Positions 1 through 9,543 of a stretch of 50,599 bases of DNA are shown piece after piece (positions within the stretch are counted from its first letter, which is position 1; each line of letters opens with the position of its first letter). The notes beneath the pieces were generated by a model. It saw nothing but the letters and a program-made list of their open reading frames with translations. It searched no databases and had not been told where the DNA came from. This DNA is from a virus (taxonomy: Duplodnaviria; Caudoviricetes): the IMG/VR virus record IMGVR_UViG_3300009481_003534, positions 1-50,599 of that record; one strand, given 5' to 3'. The position numbers and the translations under genes were made by a program.

Positions 1-36
1 ATCCGGTGGTTGCGGGTTCGAGTCCCGTCGAGGTCG
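1..36 (+). tRNA. 3' half of a tRNA truncated by the window edge (G discriminator, possibly tRNA-Asp)
   Basis: T arm GCGGG-TTCGAGT-CCCGT followed by acceptor 3' strand CGAGGTC-G; anticodon lies outside the window. Confidence 0.75.
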
Positions 37-40
37 CTAT

Positions 41-114
41 GGACTTGTAGCTCAGTTGGTTAGAGCAGGGGACTCATAATCCCTTTGTCGTAGGTTCGAG
101 TCCTACCAAGTCTA
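41..114 (+). tRNA. tRNA with CAT anticodon (Ile2/lysidine-type more likely than Met)
   Basis: Acceptor GGACTTG/CAAGTCT, D arm GCTC..GAGC, anticodon arm GGGGA-CTCATAA-TCCCT, T arm GTAGG-TTCGAGT-CCTAC; resembles bacterial Ile2 tRNAs; no encoded CCA. Confidence 0.9.
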
Positions 115-145
115 CTTACTAAACTTTTTTATAAGGAACTAACAA

Positions 146-298
146 ATGGATACGATAGCAATTATTTTATGGACGATCACAGGGACATCAGCGGCTTGGG
201 CTTTATATTTGGGCTACAACATTAACAAAGCTATGAAGTGTTTGAGCAGAAATTTAGACCAGCTAAAAGACGATTACTACGAGCATAGCCATGAGTAG
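146..298 (+). CDS. small membrane protein (50 aa, MDTIAIILWTITGTSAAWALYLG...)
   Basis: Translated by hand; AAGGA RBS upstream; N-terminal hydrophobic helix; absent from ORF track. Confidence 0.6.
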   Translation: MDTIAIILWTITGTSAAWALYLGYNINKAMKCLSRNLDQLKDDYYEHSHE

Positions 299-419
299 TA
301 CCGAAAGAATGGTGCTGCTGTTTGAGCATAAGCATTTAATAGAGCAGATGACAGACTCTTATGTTCTTTATATAGCGATTAGCTTCCTTATCTATAACTT
401 TTTTTGTAAGGATTATTAA
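291..419 (+). CDS. possible small hypothetical protein (42 aa)
   Basis: ATG overlaps the upstream gene end and the frame fills the gap to the next ATG; hydrophobic C-terminus. Confidence 0.35.
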   Translation: MSSTERMVLLFEHKHLIEQMTDSYVLYIAISFLIYNFFCKDY

Positions 420-420
420 A

Positions 421-894
421 ATGAATAACTGGAAATCATTCTATGATTTTGAAAAGGCTAAAGAAGCTGTTAAAAAAGAACAATCACAGAAGAGACTTTT
501 GTTTTTTGGTGTGTTCGGTTTATCACTAATGTTAATGTCGTTGATATTGGCGGTTGTATCCAGTGCCGCACTCGCTAAAGTTTTATTTGGAAGTTTGTTA
601 GCCCTGCTTGGTATAGCGGCGGCAATAGCTCATGTTATTTTTTATTACTGGGTGATTGCGGCTGTATTTCAAGATGAAGGAATTAGTGGAGGACTCATCT
701 TTTTATTCCTTTGTGGTATAACTTGCTACTTATACTATATATATTATGCGTTCATGAACTGCACTCCTTTGGTTGCTGTCCTGAGTAGCTTCGGAGCTAT
801 ACTTGCTAAGTCATTGGCGGCAGCGGCAGTTTACACTTACACTGGTGGAGCTTTTACTATCCCATTGTTTGGGATGCAGATAGTCCCAGTATAA
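421..894 (+). CDS. multi-pass membrane protein
   Basis: 157 aa with about 4 hydrophobic segments; AAGGA RBS. Confidence 0.75.
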   Translation: MNNWKSFYDFEKAKEAVKKEQSQKRLLFFGVFGLSLMLMSLILAVVSSAALAKVLFGSLLALLGIAAAIAHVIFYYWVIAAVFQDEGISGGLIFLFLCGITCYLYYIYYAFMNCTPLVAVLSSFGAILAKSLAAAAVYTYTGGAFTIPLFGMQIVPV

Positions 895-912
895 TCTTAT
901 TAGGAGTCTAAA

Positions 913-1086
913 ATGGCTAATTTTTGTTATCAATGCACAGTAGATATGTTCGGCAAGGAAAACGCCAGTAATAACGACTTTGCTGGTATCGTTAGAAAAA
1001 GAGAGCGATATTATTGTTTATGTGAGGGATGTGGCTGGATTACTGTCGATGGGGATGGTATGATAGTAGAAGAAGACGACGAGTAA
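913..1086 (+). CDS. small Cys-rich protein (57 aa, FCYQC...CLCEGC)
   Basis: Translated by hand; AGGAG RBS; two CxxC pairs. Confidence 0.65.
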   Translation: MANFCYQCTVDMFGKENASNNDFAGIVRKRERYYCLCEGCGWITVDGDGMIVEEDDE

Positions 1087-1092
1087 ACATAC

Positions 1093-1164
1093 GGGGCGTT
1101 AGTTCAACGGATAGAACAGTGGCCTTCTAAGCCTCTGATGCGGGTTCGATTCCTGCACGCCCTA
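1093..1164 (+). tRNA. tRNA-Arg (TCT)
   Basis: Acceptor GGGGCGT/ACGCCCT, anticodon loop CT-TCT-AA, T arm GCGGG-TTCGATT-CCTGC; no encoded CCA. Confidence 0.9.
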
Positions 1165-1215
1165 CTTATGTCCTATCCAAGATAGGTCGATTGAATAAAG
1201 ATAAGGAGAATAGTT

Positions 1216-1569
1216 TTGGAAGCTCATATCGCAAGGATTCAGATGGACATTGACTATAAGTGTCCAAATTGCTATCTACATTTCAGGCTAAGCAATACAC
1301 AGATTCCTCAAAACAAAGCAATCAATCATGTATGTCCTGAGTGCAGTCAGAGACTTACCATTCCTCCACTATTTAAAAAGTCTAAGAAGAAGAGAAAAGT
1401 AACAACTAAAAAACAAATTGATCCCACAGTAAACTCAGCTAGACTAGCTTTGAAGGAAATGGGTTTCACTCTAACCGAAGCCACCTCACTGATAGAAAAA
1501 GTATATCATGAACGAATTTCAGTGGCTGAACTTATCAAAGGATGCTTAAAAAAATGTCGAACCAGCTAA
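1216..1569 (+). CDS. Zn-ribbon protein fused to a RuvA C-terminal (domain III)-like helical bundle
   Basis: CPNC...CPEC, a basic linker, then ARLALKEMGFTLTEA...SVAELIKGCL resembling RuvA domain III; overlaps ruvB. Confidence 0.7.
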   Translation: MEAHIARIQMDIDYKCPNCYLHFRLSNTQIPQNKAINHVCPECSQRLTIPPLFKKSKKKRKVTTKKQIDPTVNSARLALKEMGFTLTEATSLIEKVYHERISVAELIKGCLKKCRTS

Positions 1570-2474
1570 GACCAACTAGAATAGATGATCTGATAGGCCA
1601 ACAAAATATTATTGATAACTTAAAAGTATCAATAGCATCAGTGAAGGCTAGAAGCTCTGTATTACAACACTGTCTTTTTTATGGCGGCGCAGGATTAGGA
1701 AAGACAACTCTTGCGAGAGCTTTAGCTAATGAGCTTGGAGTTAAGATAGAGATAGCTAATGGCTCTGCTATATCTAATAATAAAGACATTCTTCCATATC
1801 TAATGAAGATGGAAAAAGGGTCTATCCTATTCATAGACGAAATACATAGGATGAATCGTAAAGTACAGGAATATATGCTCACTGTTATTGAGGACTTCAG
1901 ACTGGATATTGTTATTCCAGCCACGAAGAACAGTCAAGGAGAGACTATCAATATTGATCTGCCGAAGTTTACTCTAGTTGGAGCCACTACAGAGATGGGT
2001 GATCTTGTTCAACCATTCTTAGATAGGTTCAAACTAAAACACTTCATGCGTCCTTACAGTGTCGATGATTTAGCTGAATTAATTATTATGAATTCTGATA
2101 AACTAAATGTTGATATATGCAATGATGGCATAGAAGTTATTGCAAAAGCAAGCAGAGGAACCCCCAGAATAGCTAATAATTTTCTTGAGTGGGTAAGAGA
2201 TTATAAAATAGCAAAAAATCTTAGCGGTTTGCATAAGTCTCAGGTCACTGAAGCCCTTGAAATGCAGGGTATTGATGAGAATGGGCTAAATCCTGTAGAT
2301 AGAGACTACCTTGCAGTGCTAGAAAAGTTGCCGAAAGGCACCGCCATCGGTGTAAATACATTGTGTAGCGCACTGAATATCGACCGACAGACAATAGAAC
2401 AAAAGATAGAGCCATTCCTTATCCGTCAAGGTTATGTGGCTAAAACCTCAAAAGGAAGAATACTAACAAAATAG
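1554..2474 (+). CDS. ruvB: Holliday junction branch-migration ATPase RuvB
   Basis: LRP start, Walker A GAGLGKTT, Walker B LFIDEIHR, FTLVGATT, RGTPRIAN, EPFL...KGR. Confidence 0.93.
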   Translation: MSNQLRPTRIDDLIGQQNIIDNLKVSIASVKARSSVLQHCLFYGGAGLGKTTLARALANELGVKIEIANGSAISNNKDILPYLMKMEKGSILFIDEIHRMNRKVQEYMLTVIEDFRLDIVIPATKNSQGETINIDLPKFTLVGATTEMGDLVQPFLDRFKLKHFMRPYSVDDLAELIIMNSDKLNVDICNDGIEVIAKASRGTPRIANNFLEWVRDYKIAKNLSGLHKSQVTEALEMQGIDENGLNPVDRDYLAVLEKLPKGTAIGVNTLCSALNIDRQTIEQKIEPFLIRQGYVAKTSKGRILTK

Positions 2475-2482
2475 GAATAATC

Positions 2483-3709
2483 ATGACTCCACAAGAACTT
2501 CATTCAAACTCAACCGTAGTTGACCTACACTGTCATTCCGCTATCAAGGCATCAATCTTTCATCGTAATATGGGTTCAGCTAAAGAAAAATTCTTAATGG
2601 GACTTTTTAAGAGAAAGTTCTGGCCTCTAGCAAATAGAACTACATTTCCTAGACTTATGGAAGGTGGTCTTGACGTTATGCTTTCAACAGCTTTCATTCC
2701 TGAAGGAGGATGGTATGAGGACATGTCTCTTGCGAAGTGGCTAATTAAGTTAGCCCCTAATGTCCGAAAAGAGATTTACGAAGCATCCTATTTTGACGCA
2801 ACCATGAATGTATTAGATGAAATGGAATCTCAGGCAACAGAATGGAACAAAGATTCAAAAAATAGAAAAATTGCGGTCTGTAAATCTGTTTCCGATTTAG
2901 ATACTGCGATTGAGAATGGAAGTTTAGCACTGATACACTCTGTTGAAGGCGCACATTCTTTGCAAGCTAACTCAGCACAACCAAATCCACATGATGTCGA
3001 TATTACACATGAAGAAAAATTAAATACAGCACTAACTAACCTAGAACATTTTTATAATAAGGGCGTTGCATATCTTACCCTAGCTCACTTCTATGAGAAC
3101 GATTGCGCACCTCCAGTATTCCCGTGGCCTGAATACGCCCTGAGCCACGGAAGTTGGGAAAGTCTCCTCAGTAAATGGGATGAGGACAAGAGCCTAACGG
3201 ATATTGGAGAAGCAGTTGTCGAAAAGATGTTTGAGCTAGGGATGCTATTAGATATATCTCACTGCACCCTCAAGGCTAGAAAAAGAATTTATGAGATAGC
3301 AGAACATCACCATGCTGAAGAGTGCATCTTTGCGAGTCATGTTGGAGCGTTTGAAGTAAATAGGCTAACCTATAACTTACAAGACTGGGAACTAAAGTGG
3401 CTTGGCAATCATGGAGGAGTTGCCGGTATAATCTTTATGAACTATTGGATCTCCCCTGTAGACACTCAACTTGGATTAAAATATATAGAACAGACAGTAG
3501 ACCATATTATAAATGTAGCTGGATCAGATGTTCCTGCTATAGGCACAGACTTTGATGGCTTCACCGATCCTCCAGATGAAATTATACACATGGGTCAGTT
3601 ACCCAGAATCACAGCCCACCTTAAATCAGTCGGATGGGACGATCTTACTATTAGTAAATTTCTTGGAGCTAACTCTCTAAGACTAATCCGAAACGGATGG
3701 AAGAAATGA
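2483..3709 (+). CDS. M19 membrane (renal-type) dipeptidase family amidohydrolase
   Basis: DLHCH, SVEG, LTLAH, DISH, ASH and GTDFDG motifs. Confidence 0.85.
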   Translation: MTPQELHSNSTVVDLHCHSAIKASIFHRNMGSAKEKFLMGLFKRKFWPLANRTTFPRLMEGGLDVMLSTAFIPEGGWYEDMSLAKWLIKLAPNVRKEIYEASYFDATMNVLDEMESQATEWNKDSKNRKIAVCKSVSDLDTAIENGSLALIHSVEGAHSLQANSAQPNPHDVDITHEEKLNTALTNLEHFYNKGVAYLTLAHFYENDCAPPVFPWPEYALSHGSWESLLSKWDEDKSLTDIGEAVVEKMFELGMLLDISHCTLKARKRIYEIAEHHHAEECIFASHVGAFEVNRLTYNLQDWELKWLGNHGGVAGIIFMNYWISPVDTQLGLKYIEQTVDHIINVAGSDVPAIGTDFDGFTDPPDEIIHMGQLPRITAHLKSVGWDDLTISKFLGANSLRLIRNGWKK

Positions 3710-3984
3710 ATAAGCTAAAAGTACTCTGCTTGCTTATGCTTGCAGTAGGAATAGGATGCTTAGGATATAGTAATTACAAATTAAATAAGAATGTCAAAGA
3801 ATTAGAACGCTTCATGGAATATAACGTTATGTTAAGTAGCGATAATGCTATGAAAATTGAGATGTTTCTTCAAGCTATGTCAAATGAGTTTGAAGATGAA
3901 GTCCAATCAGTTGTTAGGCCAATGATAAAGAAAGAAGTAGACTCTATAAGAGAGATACTAAAAGATATAAAGAAAAATGAATGA
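3706..3984 (+). CDS. small protein with N-terminal TM/signal and coiled coil
   Basis: ATGA-type overlap chain; hydrophobic N-terminus. Confidence 0.65.
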   Translation: MNKLKVLCLLMLAVGIGCLGYSNYKLNKNVKELERFMEYNVMLSSDNAMKIEMFLQAMSNEFEDEVQSVVRPMIKKEVDSIREILKDIKKNE

Positions 3985-4138
3985 GAACTATGATGGGGAG
4001 TTGTTCTTGAATCTTCAGCGACTATCTATAGAGAAGCCCGATTTTGTTGAAGTTTTTGTGGATGATAATGGAGAAATTGAATTTGAGATAGAGTTTAATT
4101 TCTTTTTTGACAATCTGGAGATGATATTTGGATTCTAA
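3977..4138 (+). CDS. small acidic hypothetical protein (53 aa)
   Basis: Translated by hand (MNENYDGELFLNLQRL...); overlaps both neighbours. Confidence 0.55.
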   Translation: MNENYDGELFLNLQRLSIEKPDFVEVFVDDNGEIEFEIEFNFFFDNLEMIFGF

Positions 4139-5159
4139 AATTAGGATAGCGGTTTGCATTTCTGGCATGCCACGCAACTTTGAAGAGTGTTATAGAAATA
4201 CTCTTGATTTTTTTAATGTAGATGGCTGTGAAGTAGACTTCTTTATACACTCATGGACTTCAAGTTGGTATCCTCCTAGAGCCAAGTCAGCCAATAAGTC
4301 ACCAGAAAAGAGCATAAATTTTTGCCCAGAAAAATTAAAAAAGTCCTTAATTTCCTGCTATAGCCCAAAAGTAATAGTATTGGAAGATCAGCTATCTAAT
4401 ATAGAACTACAAAGAACAATAGATCATATAAAGAATACTCTACTTAGAAAAACCTCCAAGCAAACTATTCCTTCTTGGGTTGTCGAAACTTTAGAGGAAG
4501 GTGATCCAGATAGGTTCTTATCACCGCCATTCCACTTAGCACAAACATACTCCATATCTAAAACAGCAGACATGCTTAGTGAGTACTGTGCCAACAATGA
4601 TACTAACTATGATCTAGTTTTTAGATTCAGATTCGATAACTTTATGGAGCTAAAGACAGACGAATATAGAAGTAAGACATTTAAAGACATGGACACTCTA
4701 ATAAAAAGAGATCACGCCAGAAGCCAAAGAGCTACAAGATTTAAAAGGGAATATCTATTTACAGCTTGGACTGCTGTATTTGGAGAAGGAGGCTTTTCAA
4801 GAAATGCTGTTTGGATTGGAGACAAGATTTTTGCTTGCTCAGGTAGAGCGTTCTCTAGATTTAGTAACTACTTTAGATCTCAAGTACTCAGGATTTTATT
4901 ATATGATCCTTCAAAGAAGAACACTAATCATGAGCTTCCTTACTTTATGCCGGAAAATTTGCTCTCTGAGTTTTGCATGGAAAATGATTTCTTTTCAAAC
5001 AGCATGGGTCATCTTAATACTTTCAGTCTAGTCACATATAGAGATTATCATAAAAAATATAAAGATCAATCATTCAACTCATTGCAATATCAATACAACG
5101 TAAGAGAAAGAATGAACCACGATTCTACTGAAGGAATTTTTATACATTATGATTGTTAA
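4128..5159 (+). CDS. putative glycosyltransferase-like protein of the IAVCISG..R type
   Basis: IAVCISGMPR, DFFIHSW and YDLVFRFRFD motifs typical of viral glycan-locus proteins. Confidence 0.55.
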   Translation: MDSKIRIAVCISGMPRNFEECYRNTLDFFNVDGCEVDFFIHSWTSSWYPPRAKSANKSPEKSINFCPEKLKKSLISCYSPKVIVLEDQLSNIELQRTIDHIKNTLLRKTSKQTIPSWVVETLEEGDPDRFLSPPFHLAQTYSISKTADMLSEYCANNDTNYDLVFRFRFDNFMELKTDEYRSKTFKDMDTLIKRDHARSQRATRFKREYLFTAWTAVFGEGGFSRNAVWIGDKIFACSGRAFSRFSNYFRSQVLRILLYDPSKKNTNHELPYFMPENLLSEFCMENDFFSNSMGHLNTFSLVTYRDYHKKYKDQSFNSLQYQYNVRERMNHDSTEGIFIHYDC

Positions 5160-5604
5160 AAAGATTTATATTGGAGGCACATTTGATTTATTTCATTATG
5201 GACATGTGAATGTGTTCAAAAATTTGAAATACCACTTGGACAAAGAAAGTAGAAGTGTAGGAGCTTTATCAAAAGTAATAGTGGCTGTCAATAGCGACGA
5301 TTTTGCGAAGTATTATAAGAGAAAGCCAGTTATGGATCAGTACGAAAGGCTTGCTGTTGTAAACTCTTGCAAGTATGTTGATTATGCTTTCATTATGGAT
5401 TCTTATGAAAAGCAACCATTTTTTATAGAGGAAAACAATCCTGATTTTATAGTAATGGGAAGCGATTGGCAATCAAAAGACTATTTCAAACAACTATGTA
5501 TAAACCAAGACTTTCTTGACAGAATAGATGCACAAATGTTATTTCTTCCTTACACTGAGGGCATTTCTACAACTCAAATCATAGAAAGAATGAAAAAAAA
5601 ATAA
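5149..5604 (+). CDS. cytidylyltransferase (TagD/RfaE-like, HxGH family)
   Basis: GGTFDLFHYGH, KRKP, GSDW, YTEGISTT. Confidence 0.88.
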   Translation: MIVKKIYIGGTFDLFHYGHVNVFKNLKYHLDKESRSVGALSKVIVAVNSDDFAKYYKRKPVMDQYERLAVVNSCKYVDYAFIMDSYEKQPFFIEENNPDFIVMGSDWQSKDYFKQLCINQDFLDRIDAQMLFLPYTEGISTTQIIERMKKK

Positions 5605-5612
5605 ACTTTTGC

Positions 5613-5641
5613 TTGCAATAGGCCGATTAGTATGGTATAAT
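5613..5641 (+). promoter_or_regulatory. sigma70-type promoter
   Basis: TTGCAA, 17-nt spacer ending TGG (extended -10), then TATAAT; upstream of GGAG RBS and ORF 5683. Confidence 0.65.
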
Positions 5642-5682
5642 GTATGTAACGGTTCAAGTTTTTTGAGAGCACTGGAGATATT

Positions 5683-6108
5683 ATGAAGCTTAAAAGAGGA
5701 CAGAAGATATGCAAAAAGTGCAACGCTATATGTGCGGCAAGATCCAGAATATGCAAGGAGTGCGGAGCAGCGTTCGTATCTAAGAACACTCCTATAAAAA
5801 ATGAGGTGAAAGACTGGAAGTCCCTAGAGAAAGGTGACTGGCTTAAAGTAGTTCAAGGAACAGGCCCATACTTCACCTGCACTAGAAGTACAGACGAAGG
5901 GTCTGCCGGTGATAAGATATACATGGGATCGAAGGGGAGGTACGAAGTAGTCGAGGTAGTACGAGATGGGATTATGTGTAAGGGTCTTGGCAGGAAGAAT
6001 TGTGGAGTTGAATTTGTCTATATGGGAGAAAAAAACTTCTCAGAATATACAGGGATTACAAAAGAGCCACACAGAATAGTTAAATTAAAGACCCGAAAAA
6101 GGAAGTAA
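5683..6108 (+). CDS. hypothetical protein with N-terminal Zn finger
   Basis: CKKC...CKEC; GGAG RBS. Confidence 0.75.
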   Translation: MKLKRGQKICKKCNAICAARSRICKECGAAFVSKNTPIKNEVKDWKSLEKGDWLKVVQGTGPYFTCTRSTDEGSAGDKIYMGSKGRYEVVEVVRDGIMCKGLGRKNCGVEFVYMGEKNFSEYTGITKEPHRIVKLKTRKRK

Positions 6109-6128
6109 GGGGTATAATATTATGTATA
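6109..6128 (+). promoter_or_regulatory. recurrent intergenic GTATA motif (putative phage promoter)
   Basis: GGGGTATAATATTAT, identical 15-mer at 28212; related motifs in about 8 other intergenic gaps. Confidence 0.5.
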
Positions 6129-6158
6129 AAAGAAAAATAAGTCATTGGAGTATAAAAA

Positions 6159-6674
6159 ATGGCACTTAACACAACAGCAACAATCTCTGCTGACATAGTT
6201 TTTCAACAGCAAGAGACTGACACAAATTCAAATGACAACAGACAGGGATCTGTTTCCTATAGCCAGTCGCTCACAGCGGGTACGGGCTCTTTAGCAATAA
6301 ATGGAGTGTATAATGTACAATCCGGTGAAATAGATCCATCTGGATCATATCTTCTGGACTTCTCAAGCTTAGCTCAAGCACTCGTAGGAGGAAGCATAAC
6401 TCTCTCGTTTAACAATGTCAAATCACTTTGCATCACTAATCTAGCCACCACTACTGGCGAAGACTTATCAGTAAGAGCAACAGGAGTTAATACTTTCACA
6501 GAACCTTTCAATGGCGGTAGTGGAAATGTATTAGTCAAACCGGCTGCATCTTATATCTATTCAGATCCTTATACTGGAGCCACAGTAGACGGATCAAACA
6601 AAAATCTACAGATTTATAATGCGGGAACAGGCACAGGTGCGTTCACTATTGTAGCAGTAGGGGTGACTGGCTAA
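6159..6674 (+). CDS. putative virion structural protein
   Basis: G/T/S/N-rich, low charge, beta-rich composition; follows the recurrent motif. Confidence 0.5.
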   Translation: MALNTTATISADIVFQQQETDTNSNDNRQGSVSYSQSLTAGTGSLAINGVYNVQSGEIDPSGSYLLDFSSLAQALVGGSITLSFNNVKSLCITNLATTTGEDLSVRATGVNTFTEPFNGGSGNVLVKPAASYIYSDPYTGATVDGSNKNLQIYNAGTGTGAFTIVAVGVTG

Positions 6675-7030
6675 TGGAGGATAGGGTTTTTGTCCCTAAA
6701 GGTTGGGGATATGAGGATTGGATAGTCAACAAAGAAGAATACTGCGGAAAGCTTCTTTTCTTTAAAAAAGGAAAAAGATGTAGTTGGCATTACCATAAGT
6801 TAAAGGATGAGACCTTCTATGTTCACAGTGGCGAGCTTGAAGTTAGGCATGGATGGTCGGACGATAAAAGTGACCTTAACACAGAAGTCACAGTATTGAA
6901 AGCTGGAGATACTTTCTATGTTCCTGTAGGTATGCGACATCAAATGACAGGACTAACAGATGTTGAAATGTTTGAGTTCTCTACTCAGCATTTTGATGAG
7001 GACTCAATAAGAATAGAAAAAGGAAGTTAA
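6674..7030 (+). CDS. cupin domain protein (mannose-6-phosphate isomerase-like)
   Basis: KGWGYE, SWHYHKLKDETF and GMRH cupin motifs. Confidence 0.82.
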   Translation: MEDRVFVPKGWGYEDWIVNKEEYCGKLLFFKKGKRCSWHYHKLKDETFYVHSGELEVRHGWSDDKSDLNTEVTVLKAGDTFYVPVGMRHQMTGLTDVEMFEFSTQHFDEDSIRIEKGS

Positions 7031-7887
7031 TGAATATACTATTTGTATCTGACTTTGGGCTCCAACATACTCCCGGAGGAGCCCAGAGAAGCAACGCTAT
7101 AATAGTAGAAGAAGGAAGAAGAAGAGGCCATACGGTAGTAGAGGTCTTTTTTGATTCTAAGCCTGAACTGATTAACTATGGTTATGATGTGGTTATATCT
7201 TCTAATCTAGAAACTATATCTCAGAAGTATGGAAATATAGTTGACTTTTTTAATGGTTGTGACAATCATGTCAGACTAGAACATGATGCTAACAGATACT
7301 TAACACAGAACGCCAGAAAAAAGCTTTGGGAAAACTGTAGGATTTCTTTCTTCCTAACGAACTTCCATAAGCAAATGTTTCTACAGAACTATGGATATGA
7401 TTACTTTCAAAATATGGAAGTAGTTCCAGACCCTCTTGACCCAGAAGTTTTTTATGATAGAGACCTTGTTAGAACAGATAAGACTTTATATGTCGGCTTT
7501 ATGCACCAGCTTAAAGGAACAGACAATTTTATAAATGAGGCAAAGAGTAACCCCTCTAAGAATTATGTTGTTGCTGGATGGAGTCAGGATGGAAGCTATG
7601 AGGAGCAGATAAGCTCTCTCCCTAATGTTGAGTTTCTTGGTAAAGTAGATCACACTATGATGCCAGAGCTTTATAATTTTCACAGGGAACTATACTATAT
7701 GCCTGAGTACTACGAACCTTTCTGCAGATCGGTTGGGGAAGCTCTAATGTGCGGAATGTCAGTACAATCTAATAATATAGTGGGAAGTCTACACTTTTAT
7801 AATGAGGTAGGGAAAGAAGAGTTCGTTCGGCAATGCAGTAAAGCACCCGAGATTTTCTGGGAAAAGATTGAAAATGAGTTTGTTTGA
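7030..7887 (+). CDS. GT4 (GT-B) glycosyltransferase
   Basis: GGAQRS, LYVG..HQLKG, EPFCRSVGEALMCG. Confidence 0.8.
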   Translation: MNILFVSDFGLQHTPGGAQRSNAIIVEEGRRRGHTVVEVFFDSKPELINYGYDVVISSNLETISQKYGNIVDFFNGCDNHVRLEHDANRYLTQNARKKLWENCRISFFLTNFHKQMFLQNYGYDYFQNMEVVPDPLDPEVFYDRDLVRTDKTLYVGFMHQLKGTDNFINEAKSNPSKNYVVAGWSQDGSYEEQISSLPNVEFLGKVDHTMMPELYNFHRELYYMPEYYEPFCRSVGEALMCGMSVQSNNIVGSLHFYNEVGKEEFVRQCSKAPEIFWEKIENEFV

Positions 7888-8593
7888 TATAAGTATATTG
7901 TGCCCCACAAAGTATCGTCCTGAAGGACTTGAGAAGATGTGGGAATCTGCCATTGATACTGCTGACAGCCCAGATTCTCTGGAGCTTGTTGTCTATGTAG
8001 AGAATTACGATACGGAGACACTAAATAAATTAGAAGAGTTAGAACAAAAGTATGGAAGTCAAATACTAAAGATTATAGGGCAAGAAGAGGTCATATATAG
8101 TAGTCTTCATAACATATGCTGCGAGAACTCATCCGCAGATCTTTTCTTTTGCGGGGCAGACGATCTAATTTTTAGGAGTCAAGGCTGGGATACTTCGGCC
8201 AAAGAAGTTTTTAAAGAGTATAATGATAATATAGTATACGCATATCCTAATGACGGTCATTGGGGATCTGAATTAGGCACTCATGGAGTGTTTCACAAAG
8301 ACTGGTATAATACGTTAGGGTATATTGCGCCAGCTATATTTACTGTAGATTATTCTGACAATTATATTATGGATGTTTCTAGAGCCATTGGTAGAGCAGT
8401 ATACATTCCTCACATATTAGTTGAACATATGCACTGGACTTTTGGTAAGTCAGAATTTGACAAGACTGCTCAAGAAGCTCACAGCAGGCGAGCCTCTACT
8501 AACAATGGCGGAATATATCAAAGCTATGAAACAAAACAGATACAAAATCAAGACATAGAAAAATTAAAAGCATTCATTGGGTCAAACAAATGA
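7874..8593 (+). CDS. GT2-like (GT-A) glycosyltransferase
   Basis: ISILCPT..R, GADD (DxD-like), YSD, EHMH. Confidence 0.78.
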   Translation: MSLFDISILCPTKYRPEGLEKMWESAIDTADSPDSLELVVYVENYDTETLNKLEELEQKYGSQILKIIGQEEVIYSSLHNICCENSSADLFFCGADDLIFRSQGWDTSAKEVFKEYNDNIVYAYPNDGHWGSELGTHGVFHKDWYNTLGYIAPAIFTVDYSDNYIMDVSRAIGRAVYIPHILVEHMHWTFGKSEFDKTAQEAHSRRASTNNGGIYQSYETKQIQNQDIEKLKAFIGSNK

Positions 8594-9543
8594 GAAAATT
8601 AAAATTATTCGTATATCCAAATGCTAGGCCACACGAGCATGATCTAAATCCTTCTCAGGCTTTTCTGAATACTGTGCCCATGAGCAGGTTTGGTATATCG
8701 GAACATTTTGATATCTGTGATCCTGATGAGGCGGACTACTTTTATATGGGTCAATTCAAAAATGACCCTAGTATTCAGGATTATTCTGCTAAAAACTTTG
8801 AGTTCTTTGACGGAAATGAAGATAGGCATATTTTTGACTACGAAGGAGAAGGAGGGCAAGAGTATGGTGCAGGAGGTAACGCCATACCGGATTGGCTTCA
8901 CAACAGTATTGTTACAGCTAATGGAACTCTTAAAAAATACAAAGACTTGAAGGTCTATACGAGACCAACATTCACAAATTTATTGATAGACATAGCTCAC
9001 AATAGATTTGACAACTTTATATTCCCAGAAGAAACGTCAATGGGGTTTACAGGATTTCTTAATTCTCAAGCAAGAGCCTCAATGCTTAGTGCTTTATCTG
9101 AGTGTAGAGATGATACCAAAATAAATGTAATTATAAATGAGTTTTGGTCAGGCCCAGCTCCTTTAGGACATCCAATACAAGAAGAGTATATACTGTTTAT
9201 GCTTAATAATTTGATCTCTCTTTGTCCGAGAGGAAGCGGGATAGATAGTGTCAGGCTGTATGAGACATGTTACTTCACTAGAGTTCCGGTACTTATATCA
9301 GATCACGATTACTTCATGGTTGGAGAAGATGAGTACGATACGAGTTTTTGCTATAGAATATGTGATGAGGAATTGGATCTAGAATATATTACAGAAGAAC
9401 TGCAAAAAATATATGATGAGCCTATGTCAGAGCTGCAGAACAGAGCCAACGACGCTAGAAAATATTTTGAAGAGATTATTAGACCTTACTTCCAAGACCC
9501 TACATTGAGATTTTTAGAATGGCTTGAAAAAAATGAAAGATAA
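8590..9543 (+). CDS. exostosin/GT47-like glycosyltransferase
   Basis: LCPRGSGIDSVRLYE...VPVLISD. Confidence 0.72.
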   Translation: MRKLKLFVYPNARPHEHDLNPSQAFLNTVPMSRFGISEHFDICDPDEADYFYMGQFKNDPSIQDYSAKNFEFFDGNEDRHIFDYEGEGGQEYGAGGNAIPDWLHNSIVTANGTLKKYKDLKVYTRPTFTNLLIDIAHNRFDNFIFPEETSMGFTGFLNSQARASMLSALSECRDDTKINVIINEFWSGPAPLGHPIQEEYILFMLNNLISLCPRGSGIDSVRLYETCYFTRVPVLISDHDYFMVGEDEYDTSFCYRICDEELDLEYITEELQKIYDEPMSELQNRANDARKYFEEIIRPYFQDPTLRFLEWLEKNER

